Source: Thermomonas sp. (lineage in GTDB: Bacteria > Pseudomonadota > Gammaproteobacteria > Xanthomonadales > Xanthomonadaceae). From it: a stretch of 64,000 nt of DNA. Under the pieces are notes generated by a model, which was given only the letters and a program-made list of their open reading frames with translations, was not told the origin of the DNA and did not search any database. Position 1 is the first letter of the stretch; each line of letters starts with the position of its first letter. A program made the position numbers and the translations under genes. Where the stretch lies: assembly GCA_041913885.1 (NCBI GenBank), contig JAYSEL010000003.1, forward strand, positions 146,602 through 210,601, read 5' to 3'. This document shows positions 9,943 through 20,750 of this stretch, in pieces.

Positions 9943-10680
9943 TTAAAGAATCCAGCCGCCGTCCACGGTCAGCTCCGCGCCGGTCACGAAGCCGGCATCC
10001 GGGCCAGCCAGGAACGCGACCGCCGCGGCGATTTCCTCGGGCTTGCCGATGCGCTTCATCGGCGTGGCTTCGATGCCGGCCTGGTTGGCTTCGGGCGGGT
10101 TGTTGTCGAGCATCGGCGTATCGATGAAGCCCGGATGCACGGAGTTCACCCGGATGCGTGCCGGCGCCAGCTCCAGCGCGGCGGTCTTGGTCATCCCGCG
10201 CACCGCCCACTTGGTGCCCACGTACGCGGCCGCGTTGGGGAATCCCAGCTGGCCGGCGATCGAGCTGATGTTGACGATGCAGCCGCCGCCGGCCGCGCGC
10301 AGCGGCACCTGGCCGTGCTTCATGCCGAGGAACGGACCCAGCTGGTTGACCCGGAACTGCTGCTCGATGTCGCGCACCGGGGTGTCGGCGATCTGGCCGG
10401 GATGGAAGATGCCGGCATTGTTTACCAACACGTGCAGCGCGCCGAAGCGCGCCGTGGTCGCGGCCAGCGTGTCCACCCAGGCGGCTTCGTCGCCGACGTC
10501 GTGGTGGAAGTAGGCGGCGTGCTCGCCCAGCTCGGCGGCCAGCGCCTGGCCCGGGGCATCGAGGACATCGGTGATGGCGACGCGGGCACCCTCCGCGTGC
10601 AGCCGACGGACGATGGCGGCGCCGATGCCGCGTGCGCCGCCGGTGACCAGGGCGACCTTGCCTTCAAGCTTGCCGTTCAT
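9943..10680 (-). CDS. SDR oxidoreductase (3alpha,20beta-HSD/glucose dehydrogenase-like)
   Basis: TGGARGIG, NNAG, YVGTK, VNSVHPG, VDGG. Confidence 0.92.
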   Translation of the reverse strand: MNGKLEGKVALVTGGARGIGAAIVRRLHAEGARVAITDVLDAPGQALAAELGEHAAYFHHDVGDEAAWVDTLAATTARFGALHVLVNNAGIFHPGQIADTPVRDIEQQFRVNQLGPFLGMKHGQVPLRAAGGGCIVNISSIAGQLGFPNAAAYVGTKWAVRGMTKTAALELAPARIRVNSVHPGFIDTPMLDNNPPEANQAGIEATPMKRIGKPEEIAAAVAFLAGPDAGFVTGAELTVDGGWIL

Positions 10681-10758
10681 GTCCTGTCCCTCCGCTGGGT
10701 GGACCTCCAGCCTGCGCGCCAGCGCGGGCGGCGGTATTGATCGACGTCAACCTGCCAC

Positions 10759-11184
10759 TCAGGCGGCGACCGGCGGGACGGCCGGCGGCGAGGGGCTGTT
10801 GCCGCTGTCGTCCGGATGATCGTCGTTTTCGGCGCCGTCGCGCCAGCGCCAGTCGGCGGCGGTCAGCGCCGGCAGGCCGAACGCGATCCTCGCCTGGTCG
10901 CACTGCGGGCTCGGCTTGCCGTATTCCCACGAGGCGTCGACCTCGCGGCAGACCGACGGCCGGTTGGGATGGATGCTGCAGCGCGAGTATTTGCCGATGT
11001 CGGCGTCCAGCGCGACGCAGCGGATCGGCGGTGCGTAGGTGCCGCGCATGCACAGGCGGTGGGCGTCCAGCCGCTCGGTCAGCGCGGCCGGGACCCCGCC
11101 CGGGGTGACCTCGTCCGACTCCATCCAGTGGAAGGCGACGCGGTACTGGGTGCAGCAGGCGCCGCAGGTCAGGCAGGGATGCAT
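10759..11184 (-). CDS. YkgJ-family cysteine cluster protein
   Basis: CLTCGACC, CVAL, CSIHPNRPSVC. Confidence 0.88.
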   Translation of the reverse strand: MHPCLTCGACCTQYRVAFHWMESDEVTPGGVPAALTERLDAHRLCMRGTYAPPIRCVALDADIGKYSRCSIHPNRPSVCREVDASWEYGKPSPQCDQARIAFGLPALTAADWRWRDGAENDDHPDDSGNSPSPPAVPPVAA

Positions 11185-11287
11185 GGGGGCCGGGCCTTGC
11201 GCGGCGGGGACGAGGGAAAGGTGCGCGATTTTTTTCCGCGCCGGGCCGGCGCGCAAGTGCTGCGGTGCCGCGGGCGATAATGGCGGC

Positions 11288-12940
11288 ATGACCGACCCCT
11301 GCAATATCGCCGCCGCGCTGCCCCGGCTGGCCCGCGAGCGTCCCGACCAGGTGGCCATGCGCTGCCCTGGCGCGGGCGGTCGCTACGCCGTCGCGCTGAC
11401 CTGTGCGCAGCTGGACGCGCGCAGCGATGCCATCGCCGCCGGCCTGGCCCGGCGCGGCATCCGCCGCGGTACCCGCACCGTGGTGATGGTGCGGCCGACG
11501 CCAGAGTTCTTCCTGCTGATGTTCGCGCTGTTCAAGGCCGGCGCGGTGCCGGTGCTGGTCGATCCCGGCATCGACAAGCGCGCGTTGCGGCAGTGCCTGG
11601 ACGAGGCGCGGCCGGAGGCGTTCATCGGGATCCCGCTGGCGATGCTGGCCAAGGCGCTGCTGGGCTGGGCGCGTTCGGCGTCGGTGCGCATCACCACCGG
11701 GCGCTGGCCACTGCTGGCCGACGCCACCCTGGCGCGCATCGAGGCCGATGGTGCCGGCGCGGGGCCGCAGCTGGCCGCTACCGACGGCGAGGACGTGGCC
11801 GCGATCCTGTTCACCAGTGGCAGCACCGGCGTGCCGAAGGGCGTGGTGTACCGGCATCGCCACTTCGTCGCCCAGATCCGGATGCTGGGCGAGGCCTTCG
11901 GCATCGCGCCCGGCGGCATCGACTTCCCCACCTTCCCGCCGTTCGCGCTGTTCGATCCCGCGCTGGGCCTGACCAGCATCATTCCCGACATGGACCCCAC
12001 GCGGCCGGCGCAGGCCGACCCGCGCAAGCTGCACGCGGCCATCGCGCGCTTCGGCGTCACCCAGCTGTTCGGGTCGCCCGCGCTGATGCGGGTGCTGGCC
12101 GACCACGGCGAACCGCTGCCCACGGTGCAGCGCGTCACCAGCGCCGGTGCACCGGTGCCGGTCGCGGTGGTGCGGCGCATGCTGGACCTGCTGCCGGCCG
12201 GGGCGCAGTTCTGGACGCCGTACGGCGCCACGGAGTGCCTGCCGGTGGCGGTGATCGAAGGCCGCGAGCTGCTCGCCCTGGGCGAGCGCACCGAGGCCGG
12301 CGCGGGCACCTGCGTGGGCCGCCCGGTGGCCGGCAACACGGTGCGGATCATCCGCATCGACGACGGCGCGATCCCGGAGTGGCACGACGGCCTGCAGGTG
12401 GCGCCGGGGCAGGTGGGCGAGATCACCGTCGCCGGACCCAGCGCGACCGATACCTACTTCAACCGCGACGCGCAGACGGCGCTCGCGAAGATCCGCGAGG
12501 CCCTGCCGGACGGCAGCCACCGCATCGTCCACCGCATGGGCGACGTGGGCTGGTTCGACGATGAGGGCCGGTTGTGGTTCTGCGGGCGCAAGTCGCAGCG
12601 CGTGGTCGTCGATGTGCAGGCCACGCTGTGCACCGAACAGGTCGAGCCGGTCTTCAACGCCCTACCGCAGGTGCGGCGCACGGCGCTGGTCGGGGTCGGA
12701 CCGGCCGGGGCGCAGGTGCCGGTGCTGGTGTTCGAGCTGGCGCCGGGCGCGAAGCCCGACGTGGCCGGCGTCGTCGATGCGCTGCGCCACCGTGCGGACG
12801 GCTTCGTGCACACCGCGAAGATCGAACGCTTCCTGCATTACCCGAAGCCGTTCCCGGTGGACATCCGCCACAACGCCAAGATCGGGCGCGAGGCGCTGGC
12901 AGCCTGGGCGGCCGCGCAACTTGCCAAGGAGCGCGCATGA
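11288..12940 (+). CDS. oleC: Olefin beta-lactone synthetase OleC (AMP-dependent ligase)
   Basis: [32 protein letters not shown]. Confidence 0.93.
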   Translation: MTDPCNIAAALPRLARERPDQVAMRCPGAGGRYAVALTCAQLDARSDAIAAGLARRGIRRGTRTVVMVRPTPEFFLLMFALFKAGAVPVLVDPGIDKRALRQCLDEARPEAFIGIPLAMLAKALLGWARSASVRITTGRWPLLADATLARIEADGAGAGPQLAATDGEDVAAILFTSGSTGVPKGVVYRHRHFVAQIRMLGEAFGIAPGGIDFPTFPPFALFDPALGLTSIIPDMDPTRPAQADPRKLHAAIARFGVTQLFGSPALMRVLADHGEPLPTVQRVTSAGAPVPVAVVRRMLDLLPAGAQFWTPYGATECLPVAVIEGRELLALGERTEAGAGTCVGRPVAGNTVRIIRIDDGAIPEWHDGLQVAPGQVGEITVAGPSATDTYFNRDAQTALAKIREALPDGSHRIVHRMGDVGWFDDEGRLWFCGRKSQRVVVDVQATLCTEQVEPVFNALPQVRRTALVGVGPAGAQVPVLVFELAPGAKPDVAGVVDALRHRADGFVHTAKIERFLHYPKPFPVDIRHNAKIGREALAAWAAAQLAKERA

Positions 12941-13932
12941 AGCTGCTGGTCACTGGAGGCGGCGGTTTCCTCGGCCAGGCATTGTGTCGGGCGTTGCTGG
13001 CCCGCGGCCACGAGGTCACCAGTGTCAGTCGCAGCCGCCATCCGGCGCTGGATGCCCTGGGCGTCCCGCAGCGGCAGGCCGACCTCGCCGACCGGGACGC
13101 GGTGCTGGCCGCGTTCGCCGGCGGCTTCGACGCCGTGCTGCACAACGCCGCCAAGGCCGGCACCTGGGGCAGCCACCAGAGTTATTTCGACGCCAACGTC
13201 ACCGGCACCCGCAATGTCATCGCCGCGTGTCGCGCGCACGGCATCGGCCGCCTGGTCCACACGTCCACGCCCAGCGTGGCCCATCGCGCCACCCATCCGG
13301 TGGAGGGCGCCTCGGCCGACGAAGTGCCGTACGGCGAGGGCGTGAAAGCCCATTACGCCGCGACCAAGATCGTCGCCGAGCGCGAAGTGCTGGCCGCCAA
13401 CGGCCGGGCGCTGGCGACGGTGGCGCTGCGGCCGCGGCTGATCTGGGGGCCGGGCGATACCCAGATCCTGCCGCGGCTGGTCGCGCGCGCGCGCGCCGGT
13501 CGCCTGCGGCTGGTCGGTGGCGGCGGCAACCGGGTCGACACCACCTACATCGACAACGCCGCGCAGGCACACGTCGACGCGCTGGACCACCTGCGCCCCG
13601 GCGCGGCCTGCGCGGGGCGCGCCTACTTCATCAGCAACGGCGAGCCGTGGCCGCTGCGCGACGTGCTCAACGGCCTGCTGCGCGCCGCCGGTGCGCCGGA
13701 GGTGCACGCCTCCATCCCGTTCCGCGCGGCCTACGTCCTCGGCGCGGCCTGCGAGGGGCTGTGGACCGCGCTGCCGCTGCGTGGCGACCCGCCGATGACG
13801 CGCTTCCTGGCCGAGCAGCTGGCCACGCCGCACTGGTATTCGATGGCACCGGCCGCGCGCGATTTCGGTTACGTCCCCCGGATCTCGATGGCGGACGGGC
13901 TGGCGCGCCTGCAGGCGTCGCTGCGGGGCTGA
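12937..13932 (+). CDS. oleD: 2-alkyl-3-oxoalkanoate reductase OleD
   Basis: [23 protein letters not shown]; ATGA overlap with oleC. Confidence 0.92.
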   Translation: MKLLVTGGGGFLGQALCRALLARGHEVTSVSRSRHPALDALGVPQRQADLADRDAVLAAFAGGFDAVLHNAAKAGTWGSHQSYFDANVTGTRNVIAACRAHGIGRLVHTSTPSVAHRATHPVEGASADEVPYGEGVKAHYAATKIVAEREVLAANGRALATVALRPRLIWGPGDTQILPRLVARARAGRLRLVGGGGNRVDTTYIDNAAQAHVDALDHLRPGAACAGRAYFISNGEPWPLRDVLNGLLRAAGAPEVHASIPFRAAYVLGAACEGLWTALPLRGDPPMTRFLAEQLATPHWYSMAPAARDFGYVPRISMADGLARLQASLRG

Positions 13933-14016
13933 GCCGCCCCGCCTTCACCCGGACGTGATCCGTCCCGGGGCAAGGTGGTCCTGCGCCGATCCGGCGCGAC
14001 GGAACGGAGTGGCCCG

Positions 14017-14172
14017 ATGCTGCATTACGCGCTCGTCTTCCTCGTCATCGCCCTGATCGCGGCGTTCCTGGGTTTCAGTGGCCTGGCAGGCCTGGCCGCC
14101 ACCATCGCCAAGGTCCTGTTCATCGTCTTCCTGATCCTGGCCGTGGTGGCTTTCCTGCGGAAGAAAGCCTGA
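14017..14172 (+). CDS. DUF1328 (UPF0391) small membrane protein
   Basis: [31 protein letters not shown] pattern. Confidence 0.9.
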   Translation: MLHYALVFLVIALIAAFLGFSGLAGLAATIAKVLFIVFLILAVVAFLRKKA

Positions 14173-14230
14173 CCGGCCGGGCGCGTCGGCCACGCCGCTG
14201 CCGGCGCGTCCGGCACCCTACAATGCGTGC

Positions 14231-14869
14231 ATGACCGAGCCCGCTTTCAACTGGAAACACCCTGCCGGCCGTGCGCTCGAGCTCGCGCTCAACCGGGCGC
14301 TGGCGCTGGACGAAGACACCCGCGCCGGGCTGCGCGCGCTGGACGGCCAGCGCGTGGCGCTGACCCTGGCCGCGCCGCCGCTGGCGCTGCAGGTGCGGGT
14401 GGAAGGCGAGGCACTGCGGGTGGGGCCGGTGGACGCGGAGGTGGAGCCCGACCTCGGCGTGCGCGCCACGCTGGCCGGGCTGCTGCGCCAGCTGCCGGTA
14501 TTCCGGGACGGCCCGGCACCGCCGGTCGGCAAGCTGCGCATCGAGGGTGACGCCGAGCTGGCGCGTCGCCTGCAGAAACTCGCGCAGGGTTTCGACCCCG
14601 ACTGGCAGCAGCCCTTCGTGGCGGTGTTCGGCGAGGTGCTGGGCGTGCAGGTCGCCAAGGCCGCGGCCGCCGCCCTGCGGCAGGCGAAGACCGCCGGCCG
14701 CAACCTCGCCGAGACGGCCGCCGAATTCGTCACCGAGGAAAGCCGCGACGTGGTGCCGCGCGCCGAGCTCGACGCGTTCCACGACGACGTCGATGCGCTG
14801 CGCGACGACGTCGAGCGCATCGCGGCCAAGGTCGCGCGGCTGCGCCGCGAGCGGGGGCTGGCCGCATGA
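14231..14869 (+). CDS. ubiJ: Ubiquinone biosynthesis accessory factor UbiJ
   Basis: SCP2-like N-terminus, IEGDAELA, C-terminal coiled coil LRDDVER; coupled to ubiB. Confidence 0.88.
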   Translation: MTEPAFNWKHPAGRALELALNRALALDEDTRAGLRALDGQRVALTLAAPPLALQVRVEGEALRVGPVDAEVEPDLGVRATLAGLLRQLPVFRDGPAPPVGKLRIEGDAELARRLQKLAQGFDPDWQQPFVAVFGEVLGVQVAKAAAAALRQAKTAGRNLAETAAEFVTEESRDVVPRAELDAFHDDVDALRDDVERIAAKVARLRRERGLAA

Positions 14870-16518
14870 AGTCCGCCTTGCGCGCCTGGCGGATCGGCCG
14901 GGTGCTGTTGCGCTACCGGCTGGACGCCCTGTTGGACGGCACGCCCGCGGAGCGCTGGCTGCGGATGATGCGGCCGTTCGTGCCGCGCGCTTCGCGCGAC
15001 ATCGCCACGCTCTCACGCGGTGCGCGCCTGCGCCTGGCGCTGCAGGAGCTGGGGCCGATCTTCGTGAAGTTCGGGCAGATCCTGTCCACCCGCCGCGACC
15101 TGGTGCCGCCGGACATCGCCGAGGAGCTGACCCACCTGCAGGACCGCGTCGCGCCGTTCGACGGCGAGCGCGCCCGCACGATGGTGGAGCAGGCGCTCGG
15201 CCGATCCGTGGTCGAGGCCTATGCCCGCTTCGATACCGCACCGCTGGCCTCGGCGTCGATCGCGCAGGTGCACGCGGCGACGCTGCACGATGGCCGCGAG
15301 GTGGTGGTGAAAGTGCTGCGGCCGGACATCGACCGCCAGATCGCCGCCGACATCGCGCTGCTCACCGGCATCGCCGGCATCGTCGAGCGCACCCATCCCA
15401 AGGCCGAGAAGATCCGCCCGCGCGAGATCGTGGCCGAGATCGAGAACACGCTGGCGGCGGAACTGGACCTGCAGCGCGAGGCCGGCAACGCCAGCCTGCT
15501 GCGGCGCAACTGGGCCGGCTCGCCCGACCTGTACGTGCCCGAGGTGATCTGGAGCCATACCGCCGACCGCGCGATGACGATGGAGCGGGTGCGCGGCATC
15601 CCGTCCGACGACATCGCCGCGCTGGACGCCGCCGGCATCGACCGCAAGGCGCTGGCCGCCAAGGGCGTGCGCGTGTTCTACCAGCAGGTGTTCCGCGACA
15701 ACTTCTTCCACGCCGACGCCCACGCCGGCAACATCTGGGTGGACTCGGAGCGCAAGGCCGACCCGCGCTTCATCGCGCTGGACTTCGGGATCATGGGGCA
15801 GCTCTCCAGCGAGGACCAGTACTGGCTCGCCGAGAACTTCATGGCGATCTTCAACCGCGACTACCGCCGCATCGCCGAGCTGCACGTGCAGGCCGGCTGG
15901 ATGCCGTCGCACATCCGGATCGACGAGCTCGAAGCGGCCGCGCGCGCGGTCTGCGAGCCGTACTTCACCCGCCCGCTGAGCGAGATCTCGCTGGCCGAGG
16001 TGCTGGTCAAGCTGTTCCGCACCGCGCAGCGCTACGAGCTGACCCTGCAGCCCCAGCTGATCCTGCTGCAGAAGACCCTGCTCAACATCGAGGGCGTGGG
16101 CCGCCAGCTCGATCCGCAGATCGACATCTGGGCGGTGGCCAAGCCGGTGCTGGAAGGCATCCTGGCCGAGCGCTACAGCCCGCGCCGGCTGGTGGGCGAG
16201 CTGCGCAAGCAGATCCCGGAGCTGGTGACGCGCGCGCCGGAGATGCCGCGCCTGTTGCACGCCTGGCTGCAGCAGCAGGTGCAGGGCGGACACGAGCTGA
16301 GCATGCGTTCCGCCGACGTACGTGAGATCACCCAGACACTGGCAGCGATGCAGCGCCGCATCGTGGCGTCCATCCTGGGCGTCGGCCTGCTCATCGTGGC
16401 CGCGGTCCTCTACGCGCTCGACGCCGGCGGGCCGAAGGTGCTGGCGCTGCCGGTGTCCACCTGGGTCGCGGGCCTCGGCGGCCTGTGGGCGCTGCTGGCC
16501 GCGTGGCCGCGGCGCTGA
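14866..16518 (+). CDS. ubiB: Ubiquinone biosynthesis kinase-like UbiB
   Basis: [39 protein letters not shown]. Confidence 0.96.
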   Translation: MKSALRAWRIGRVLLRYRLDALLDGTPAERWLRMMRPFVPRASRDIATLSRGARLRLALQELGPIFVKFGQILSTRRDLVPPDIAEELTHLQDRVAPFDGERARTMVEQALGRSVVEAYARFDTAPLASASIAQVHAATLHDGREVVVKVLRPDIDRQIAADIALLTGIAGIVERTHPKAEKIRPREIVAEIENTLAAELDLQREAGNASLLRRNWAGSPDLYVPEVIWSHTADRAMTMERVRGIPSDDIAALDAAGIDRKALAAKGVRVFYQQVFRDNFFHADAHAGNIWVDSERKADPRFIALDFGIMGQLSSEDQYWLAENFMAIFNRDYRRIAELHVQAGWMPSHIRIDELEAAARAVCEPYFTRPLSEISLAEVLVKLFRTAQRYELTLQPQLILLQKTLLNIEGVGRQLDPQIDIWAVAKPVLEGILAERYSPRRLVGELRKQIPELVTRAPEMPRLLHAWLQQQVQGGHELSMRSADVREITQTLAAMQRRIVASILGVGLLIVAAVLYALDAGGPKVLALPVSTWVAGLGGLWALLAAWPRR

Positions 16519-16531
16519 GGCGGCGGGGGCG

Positions 16532-17254
16532 ATGACAGGGGCGCAGTACGACGTGTCGGGCGGCTTGCCGGTCCTGCATGTGGACGACGCCTTGGCAGTG
16601 GTCTCCAAGCCGGCCGGCCTGATGGTCCACGACAGCGCGCTGGCGCGGGGCGAGACCGATTTCGCGGCCGACCGCCTGCGTGAGCAGTTCGGCCGGCCGA
16701 TTTTCCTGGTGCACCGCCTGGACCGCGCCACCAGCGGCTGCCTGCTGCTGGCGTTCGACCGCGACACCGCCTCGGCGCTGGGCAAGACGCTGATGGCGCA
16801 CGACGTGGAGAAGGACTACTGGGCGGTCTGCCGCGGCTGGCCCGCGGAGCACGACTTCGTTGTCGACCATCCGCTGGACGGCGGGCCCGGCAAGCCGCTG
16901 AAGAAAGGCGCGGTCACCGACTTCGAGGTCCTGGCCACCTGCGAACTGGCGGTGCCATCGGCTGGGTTCGACACCTCGCGCTACGCGCTGCTGCGGGCCT
17001 CGCCGCGTACCGGGCGCTTCCGCCAGATCCGCCGGCACCTCAAGCACCTGTCGCACCACCTGGTCGGCGACACCAGCCACGGCGACGGCCGGCACAACCG
17101 GAATTTCCGCATGCTCGGCATCCACCGCATGCTGCTGCACGCGCGCCGGCTGGCCTTCACCCACCCGCATTCGGGCGAGCGCCTCGAGGTGCTGGCCCCG
17201 CCGGATGCCGAGTTCGGGAAGGCGCTGGCGCTGTTCGGGCCGGACCTGGCCTGA
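16532..17254 (+). CDS. truC: RluA/TruC-family pseudouridine synthase
   Basis: KPAGLMVH, HRLDRATSG, TGRFRQIRRH, LLHARRL. Confidence 0.85.
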   Translation: MTGAQYDVSGGLPVLHVDDALAVVSKPAGLMVHDSALARGETDFAADRLREQFGRPIFLVHRLDRATSGCLLLAFDRDTASALGKTLMAHDVEKDYWAVCRGWPAEHDFVVDHPLDGGPGKPLKKGAVTDFEVLATCELAVPSAGFDTSRYALLRASPRTGRFRQIRRHLKHLSHHLVGDTSHGDGRHNRNFRMLGIHRMLLHARRLAFTHPHSGERLEVLAPPDAEFGKALALFGPDLA

Positions 17255-17299
17255 GGTGGCGACCTGCCGGGGACGGACGGCTCGCTTTATGATCTCGAC

Positions 17300-17713
17300 A
17301 TGCAGGTTGGCCATCTTTCCATCGACGACGACGAACTGGTCGAGCGTTTCGTGCGCGCGTCCGGGCCGGGCGGGCAGAACGTCAACAAGGTCGCCACGGC
17401 GGTGGAGCTGCGTTTCGACGTGGCCAGATCGCCCTCGCTGACCGAGGCGGTGCGTGCGCGCCTGCTGGCCAAGCGCGACCGGCGGATGACGGCCGAGGGC
17501 GTGCTGGTGCTGTCGGCGCAGCGCTTCCGCACCCAGGAACGCAACCGCGAGGATGCGCGAGAACGGCTGGCCGCCTTCATCGACAGCGGGCTGCGCGCAC
17601 CGACGCCACGCATCGCCACCCGCCCCACCCGCGCTTCGAAGGAGCGACGCCTGGGCGAGAAGCGCGGTCGCGCCAGCGTCAAGCAGGGCCGCAGCGGACG
17701 GGGGTGGGAATGA
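17300..17713 (+). CDS. arfB: Alternative ribosome rescue peptidyl-tRNA hydrolase ArfB
   Basis: SGPGGQNVNKV (GGQ motif), basic C-terminal tail. Confidence 0.95.
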   Translation: MQVGHLSIDDDELVERFVRASGPGGQNVNKVATAVELRFDVARSPSLTEAVRARLLAKRDRRMTAEGVLVLSAQRFRTQERNREDARERLAAFIDSGLRAPTPRIATRPTRASKERRLGEKRGRASVKQGRSGRGWE

Positions 17714-18357
17714 GCGACGCCGCAGCGAAGGACGTGGTCCTGGGCCTGCCGCCGCAAGCGCCGCGGATGCCGCGCAACCGGGCCATGGAATGGCTGGGGC
17801 GGACCGCGCTGCGGCTGGGTGGCTGGCACATGGAGGGCGCGTTCCCGGACATCCCGCGGGCGGTGCTGGTGGCGGCCCCGCACTCGTCCAACTGGGACGG
17901 GGTCTGGGGGATCGCCGCCAAGCTCGCCATGGGCGTGCGCCTGTCCATCCTCGGCAAGCACAGCCTCTTCCGCATTCCCCTGCTGGGGCCGCTGCTGCGC
18001 TGGCAGGGCGTCATCCCGGTGGACCGCGCCGCACCGCAGGGCGTGGTGGGGCAGGCCATCGCCGCGCTGCAGGCGTCGCCGTGCATGTGGTACGCGATGG
18101 CGCCCGAAGGCACCCGCCGGCGGGTGGAGCGCTGGAAGCCCGGCTTCTGGCATATCGCCCACGGGGCCGGCGTGCCGGTGATCGTGGCGGCGTTCGACTA
18201 TCCCAGCCGCACCATCACCATCGGACCGGTGTTCGCGACCAGCGGGGACATGCCGGCCGACATCGCCCGCATCCAGCGCTGGTATGCGCCATTCCGCGGC
18301 TGCAACCACGACGTGGTGCAGCCTGACGATGGTGCGTCGCAACGCGTCGGGAACTGA
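17710..18357 (+). CDS. PlsC-family lysophospholipid acyltransferase
   Basis: HSSNWD (HxxxxD), PEGTR, WKPGF; ATGA overlap with arfB. Confidence 0.88.
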   Translation: MSDAAAKDVVLGLPPQAPRMPRNRAMEWLGRTALRLGGWHMEGAFPDIPRAVLVAAPHSSNWDGVWGIAAKLAMGVRLSILGKHSLFRIPLLGPLLRWQGVIPVDRAAPQGVVGQAIAALQASPCMWYAMAPEGTRRRVERWKPGFWHIAHGAGVPVIVAAFDYPSRTITIGPVFATSGDMPADIARIQRWYAPFRGCNHDVVQPDDGASQRVGN

Positions 18358-18424
18358 CGCGCAGCGTCCGCCCTGCGTTCGTTTTCCGCCTTTATGACGT
18401 GTCCGTGACAGGCCGTGGCCTGTT

Positions 18425-18440
18425 TGGCATGGGATTTGCG
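18425..18440 (+). promoter_or_regulatory. Sigma-54 (-24/-12) promoter motif upstream of the putative EPS operon
   Basis: TGGCAT-GGGAT-TTGC; GG (18426-27) and GC (18438-39) separated by exactly 10 nt. Confidence 0.7.
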
Positions 18441-18622
18441 TCACAGTTCATGCCGCCCGCTGCCACTGCAGCTTGCGGCTGCTCCGGATGTGGCGCTCCA
18501 GCGGATTCAACGCTTTGGCGGCCTTCGGGGGTAACAGGGGGCGCCGTCGGTCGTCCGTGGATCCTGGCAGCAGGGTCGGCGGACGCGTGCGCCCGGAACC
18601 GCCGACCCTGCCGGGAGCCGCC

Positions 18623-19609
18623 ATGCGCAAGCCAAGCCGCCGCCTCGTCCTCGCCGTCCTCGCCCTGGGCGTGGTGGGGTTCGCGTTCGGCGTGTGGGTG
18701 CTGCTGCATCCGGCCAGCATTTTCGTGCAGCCGTGGCGCGCCGAGCGCGCGGCGGCGCCGGTGGATGGCGTCCTGCTGGGGCCGTACCCCGTCGAAGCCG
18801 ACTTCGTCGAGCTGAAGAAGCGCGGCGTCACCACCATCATCAGCCTGCTCGAGCCCAACGTGCCCTATGAAAAGGTGCTGCTGGAGAAGGAGCGCGCGCT
18901 GGCCGCCCAGCACGGCATGACGGTCAAGAACTTCCCGATGGGCAGCATCCTCGGGCAGAAATTCGGCAATGACTACGTGAAGAATTCCCGCGCCGCGGCC
19001 GAGGCGGCGCTGGCCGCGGACGGCGTGGCCTACATCCACTGCTACCTCGGCCTGCACCGTGCCGGCAACGTGCGGCGCTACCTCGCCGAGCATGCGCAGG
19101 TGCAGACGGCAGTGTTCGAGGCCCGCAACGCGCCTTCGCACGCGGATCGCGATGCCGAAGACCGCGCCACGCGCCTGTTCGGAGAGGGCCGCTTCGAGGA
19201 CGCGCTGAGGGCGCTGTCCGGTGTTACCGACAAGGGGCCGCGCATGCTGCGCCTGGAGGGGTGGAGCCAGTACCGGTTGCGGCGCATGGATGCCGCCCGG
19301 GCGGCGTTCTCGCAGGCGTTGGCCCTGGCGCCGGAGGACCAGGACGCGCGGATCGGGCTGGCGTACTGCGACCTGGCGCAGAGCCGGCTGCCGCAGGCGG
19401 AGGCCGCGTTCACCGCTCTGCGCCGGCAGGACCCCGACGACGTCGCCGTGCTCGAGGGGTTAGGCAGTGTCCTGTACCGGCAGGCGCGCTGGCCCGAAGC
19501 GGAAGCCGTCCTGGCCGATGCGCTGGCGCGCAACCCGGGTAACGAGGAGACCCGGCAAATGCTGGACCGGGTTCGCCGGTTCATGGCGCCGGCACCGGCC
19601 GAGGCCTGA
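18623..19609 (+). CDS. Membrane-anchored CX5R (PTP/DSP-fold) phosphatase-like protein with C-terminal TPRs
   Basis: N-terminal TM; GVTTIISL; HCYLGLHR P-loop; TPR-like repeats (ALALAPED, ALARNPGN). Confidence 0.8.
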   Translation: MRKPSRRLVLAVLALGVVGFAFGVWVLLHPASIFVQPWRAERAAAPVDGVLLGPYPVEADFVELKKRGVTTIISLLEPNVPYEKVLLEKERALAAQHGMTVKNFPMGSILGQKFGNDYVKNSRAAAEAALAADGVAYIHCYLGLHRAGNVRRYLAEHAQVQTAVFEARNAPSHADRDAEDRATRLFGEGRFEDALRALSGVTDKGPRMLRLEGWSQYRLRRMDAARAAFSQALALAPEDQDARIGLAYCDLAQSRLPQAEAAFTALRRQDPDDVAVLEGLGSVLYRQARWPEAEAVLADALARNPGNEETRQMLDRVRRFMAPAPAEA

Positions 19610-19685
19610 TTGCCGTCACCCCCACCGGATACAGACACCCCATGACATCGGAAAACGCCTGCGCACGTGGGCAGGAGCGGCACCC

Positions 19686-20750
19686 ATGACACCGACCATC
19701 CAAGCCGACGCGCAGATCGCTTTCGCCCTTTGGGTGGGGGCGTCGGTGACCGCGGCGTCCGTGCTGCTGCTGATCGCCGTGCTGGTCTTGCGCCAGATGG
19801 CGCAGCGGCGCGAGCGCAACCACCAGCGTGCGGCAGCGTTCTGGCGCGGTGTCCTGCTGGAAGCGCAGCAGTCGCCGCCGATGCACGTGCCGGCGCTGCC
19901 GGCCAGCGACATGAGCGGCTTCGTGGATGCTTGGAACGAGTTGCATGACGTGCCGGGGCATGCCGACGACCCCGGCATGCGTGCCGTGGCGGAGCAGGCG
20001 GGTGCCGCCGCCAAGCTGGAGCGGCTGCTGGATCGTGGCAGCTTCCACGACCGGGTGATGGCGATCATCGCCATCGGGTACCTGCGCAGCGCCACGAGCT
20101 TCGACCGCCTGGCAGGGCTGATCAACGATGCCAGCCCGATCATCTCCATCAGCGCTGCCCGCGCGCTCATGCGGATCGACCCGCAGCGCGCCGTGCAGCA
20201 GGTGGTGCCGCAGATCGTCGCGCGCCAGGACTGGGTGGACGGCGGCATCGCGCAGATGCTGCACGAGGCCGGTCCGGACGTGGTGAAGGACGAACTGGGC
20301 GCGGCCGCCCTGCGCGCCAACGACGATGTCGCACCGCGGCTGGTGCGCTTCCTTGCCGGCGTCAGTCCCGAGGCGGCGACGCCCGTGATCGCGAGGATTC
20401 TCGCCGAGCCCCACGACGAGCACCTGGTGTCCACTTGCTTGCAGGTGATGGCCGATGCCGGCGACCTCGACAAGGTGCATCCGTTGCTGGCGCACCCGCG
20501 CTGGCACGTACGCATGCACGCTGCGGCGGCGATCGGCCGGCTGGGCCGGCCGGACGATGCGGCTCCGCTGGAACCCTTGCTGGCCGACCCGCAGTGGTGG
20601 GTCCGCTACCGCACCGCACAGGCACTCCAGCACCTGCTGGGCGCCGCGGGCGACCGCCTCGAACGACTGCGCGATGCGCAGCAGGACCGTTATGCGCGCG
20701 ACATCCTCACCCAGGTGATGGCCGAGCGCGCGCTGGGAGAGACGCAATGA
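19686..20750 (+). CDS. Membrane-anchored HEAT-repeat protein
   Basis: N-terminal TM; LLAHPRWHVRMHAAAAIGRL and LLADPQWWVRYRTAQAL repeats; ATGA overlap with GT2. Confidence 0.85.
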   Translation: MTPTIQADAQIAFALWVGASVTAASVLLLIAVLVLRQMAQRRERNHQRAAAFWRGVLLEAQQSPPMHVPALPASDMSGFVDAWNELHDVPGHADDPGMRAVAEQAGAAAKLERLLDRGSFHDRVMAIIAIGYLRSATSFDRLAGLINDASPIISISAARALMRIDPQRAVQQVVPQIVARQDWVDGGIAQMLHEAGPDVVKDELGAAALRANDDVAPRLVRFLAGVSPEAATPVIARILAEPHDEHLVSTCLQVMADAGDLDKVHPLLAHPRWHVRMHAAAAIGRLGRPDDAAPLEPLLADPQWWVRYRTAQALQHLLGAAGDRLERLRDAQQDRYARDILTQVMAERALGETQ

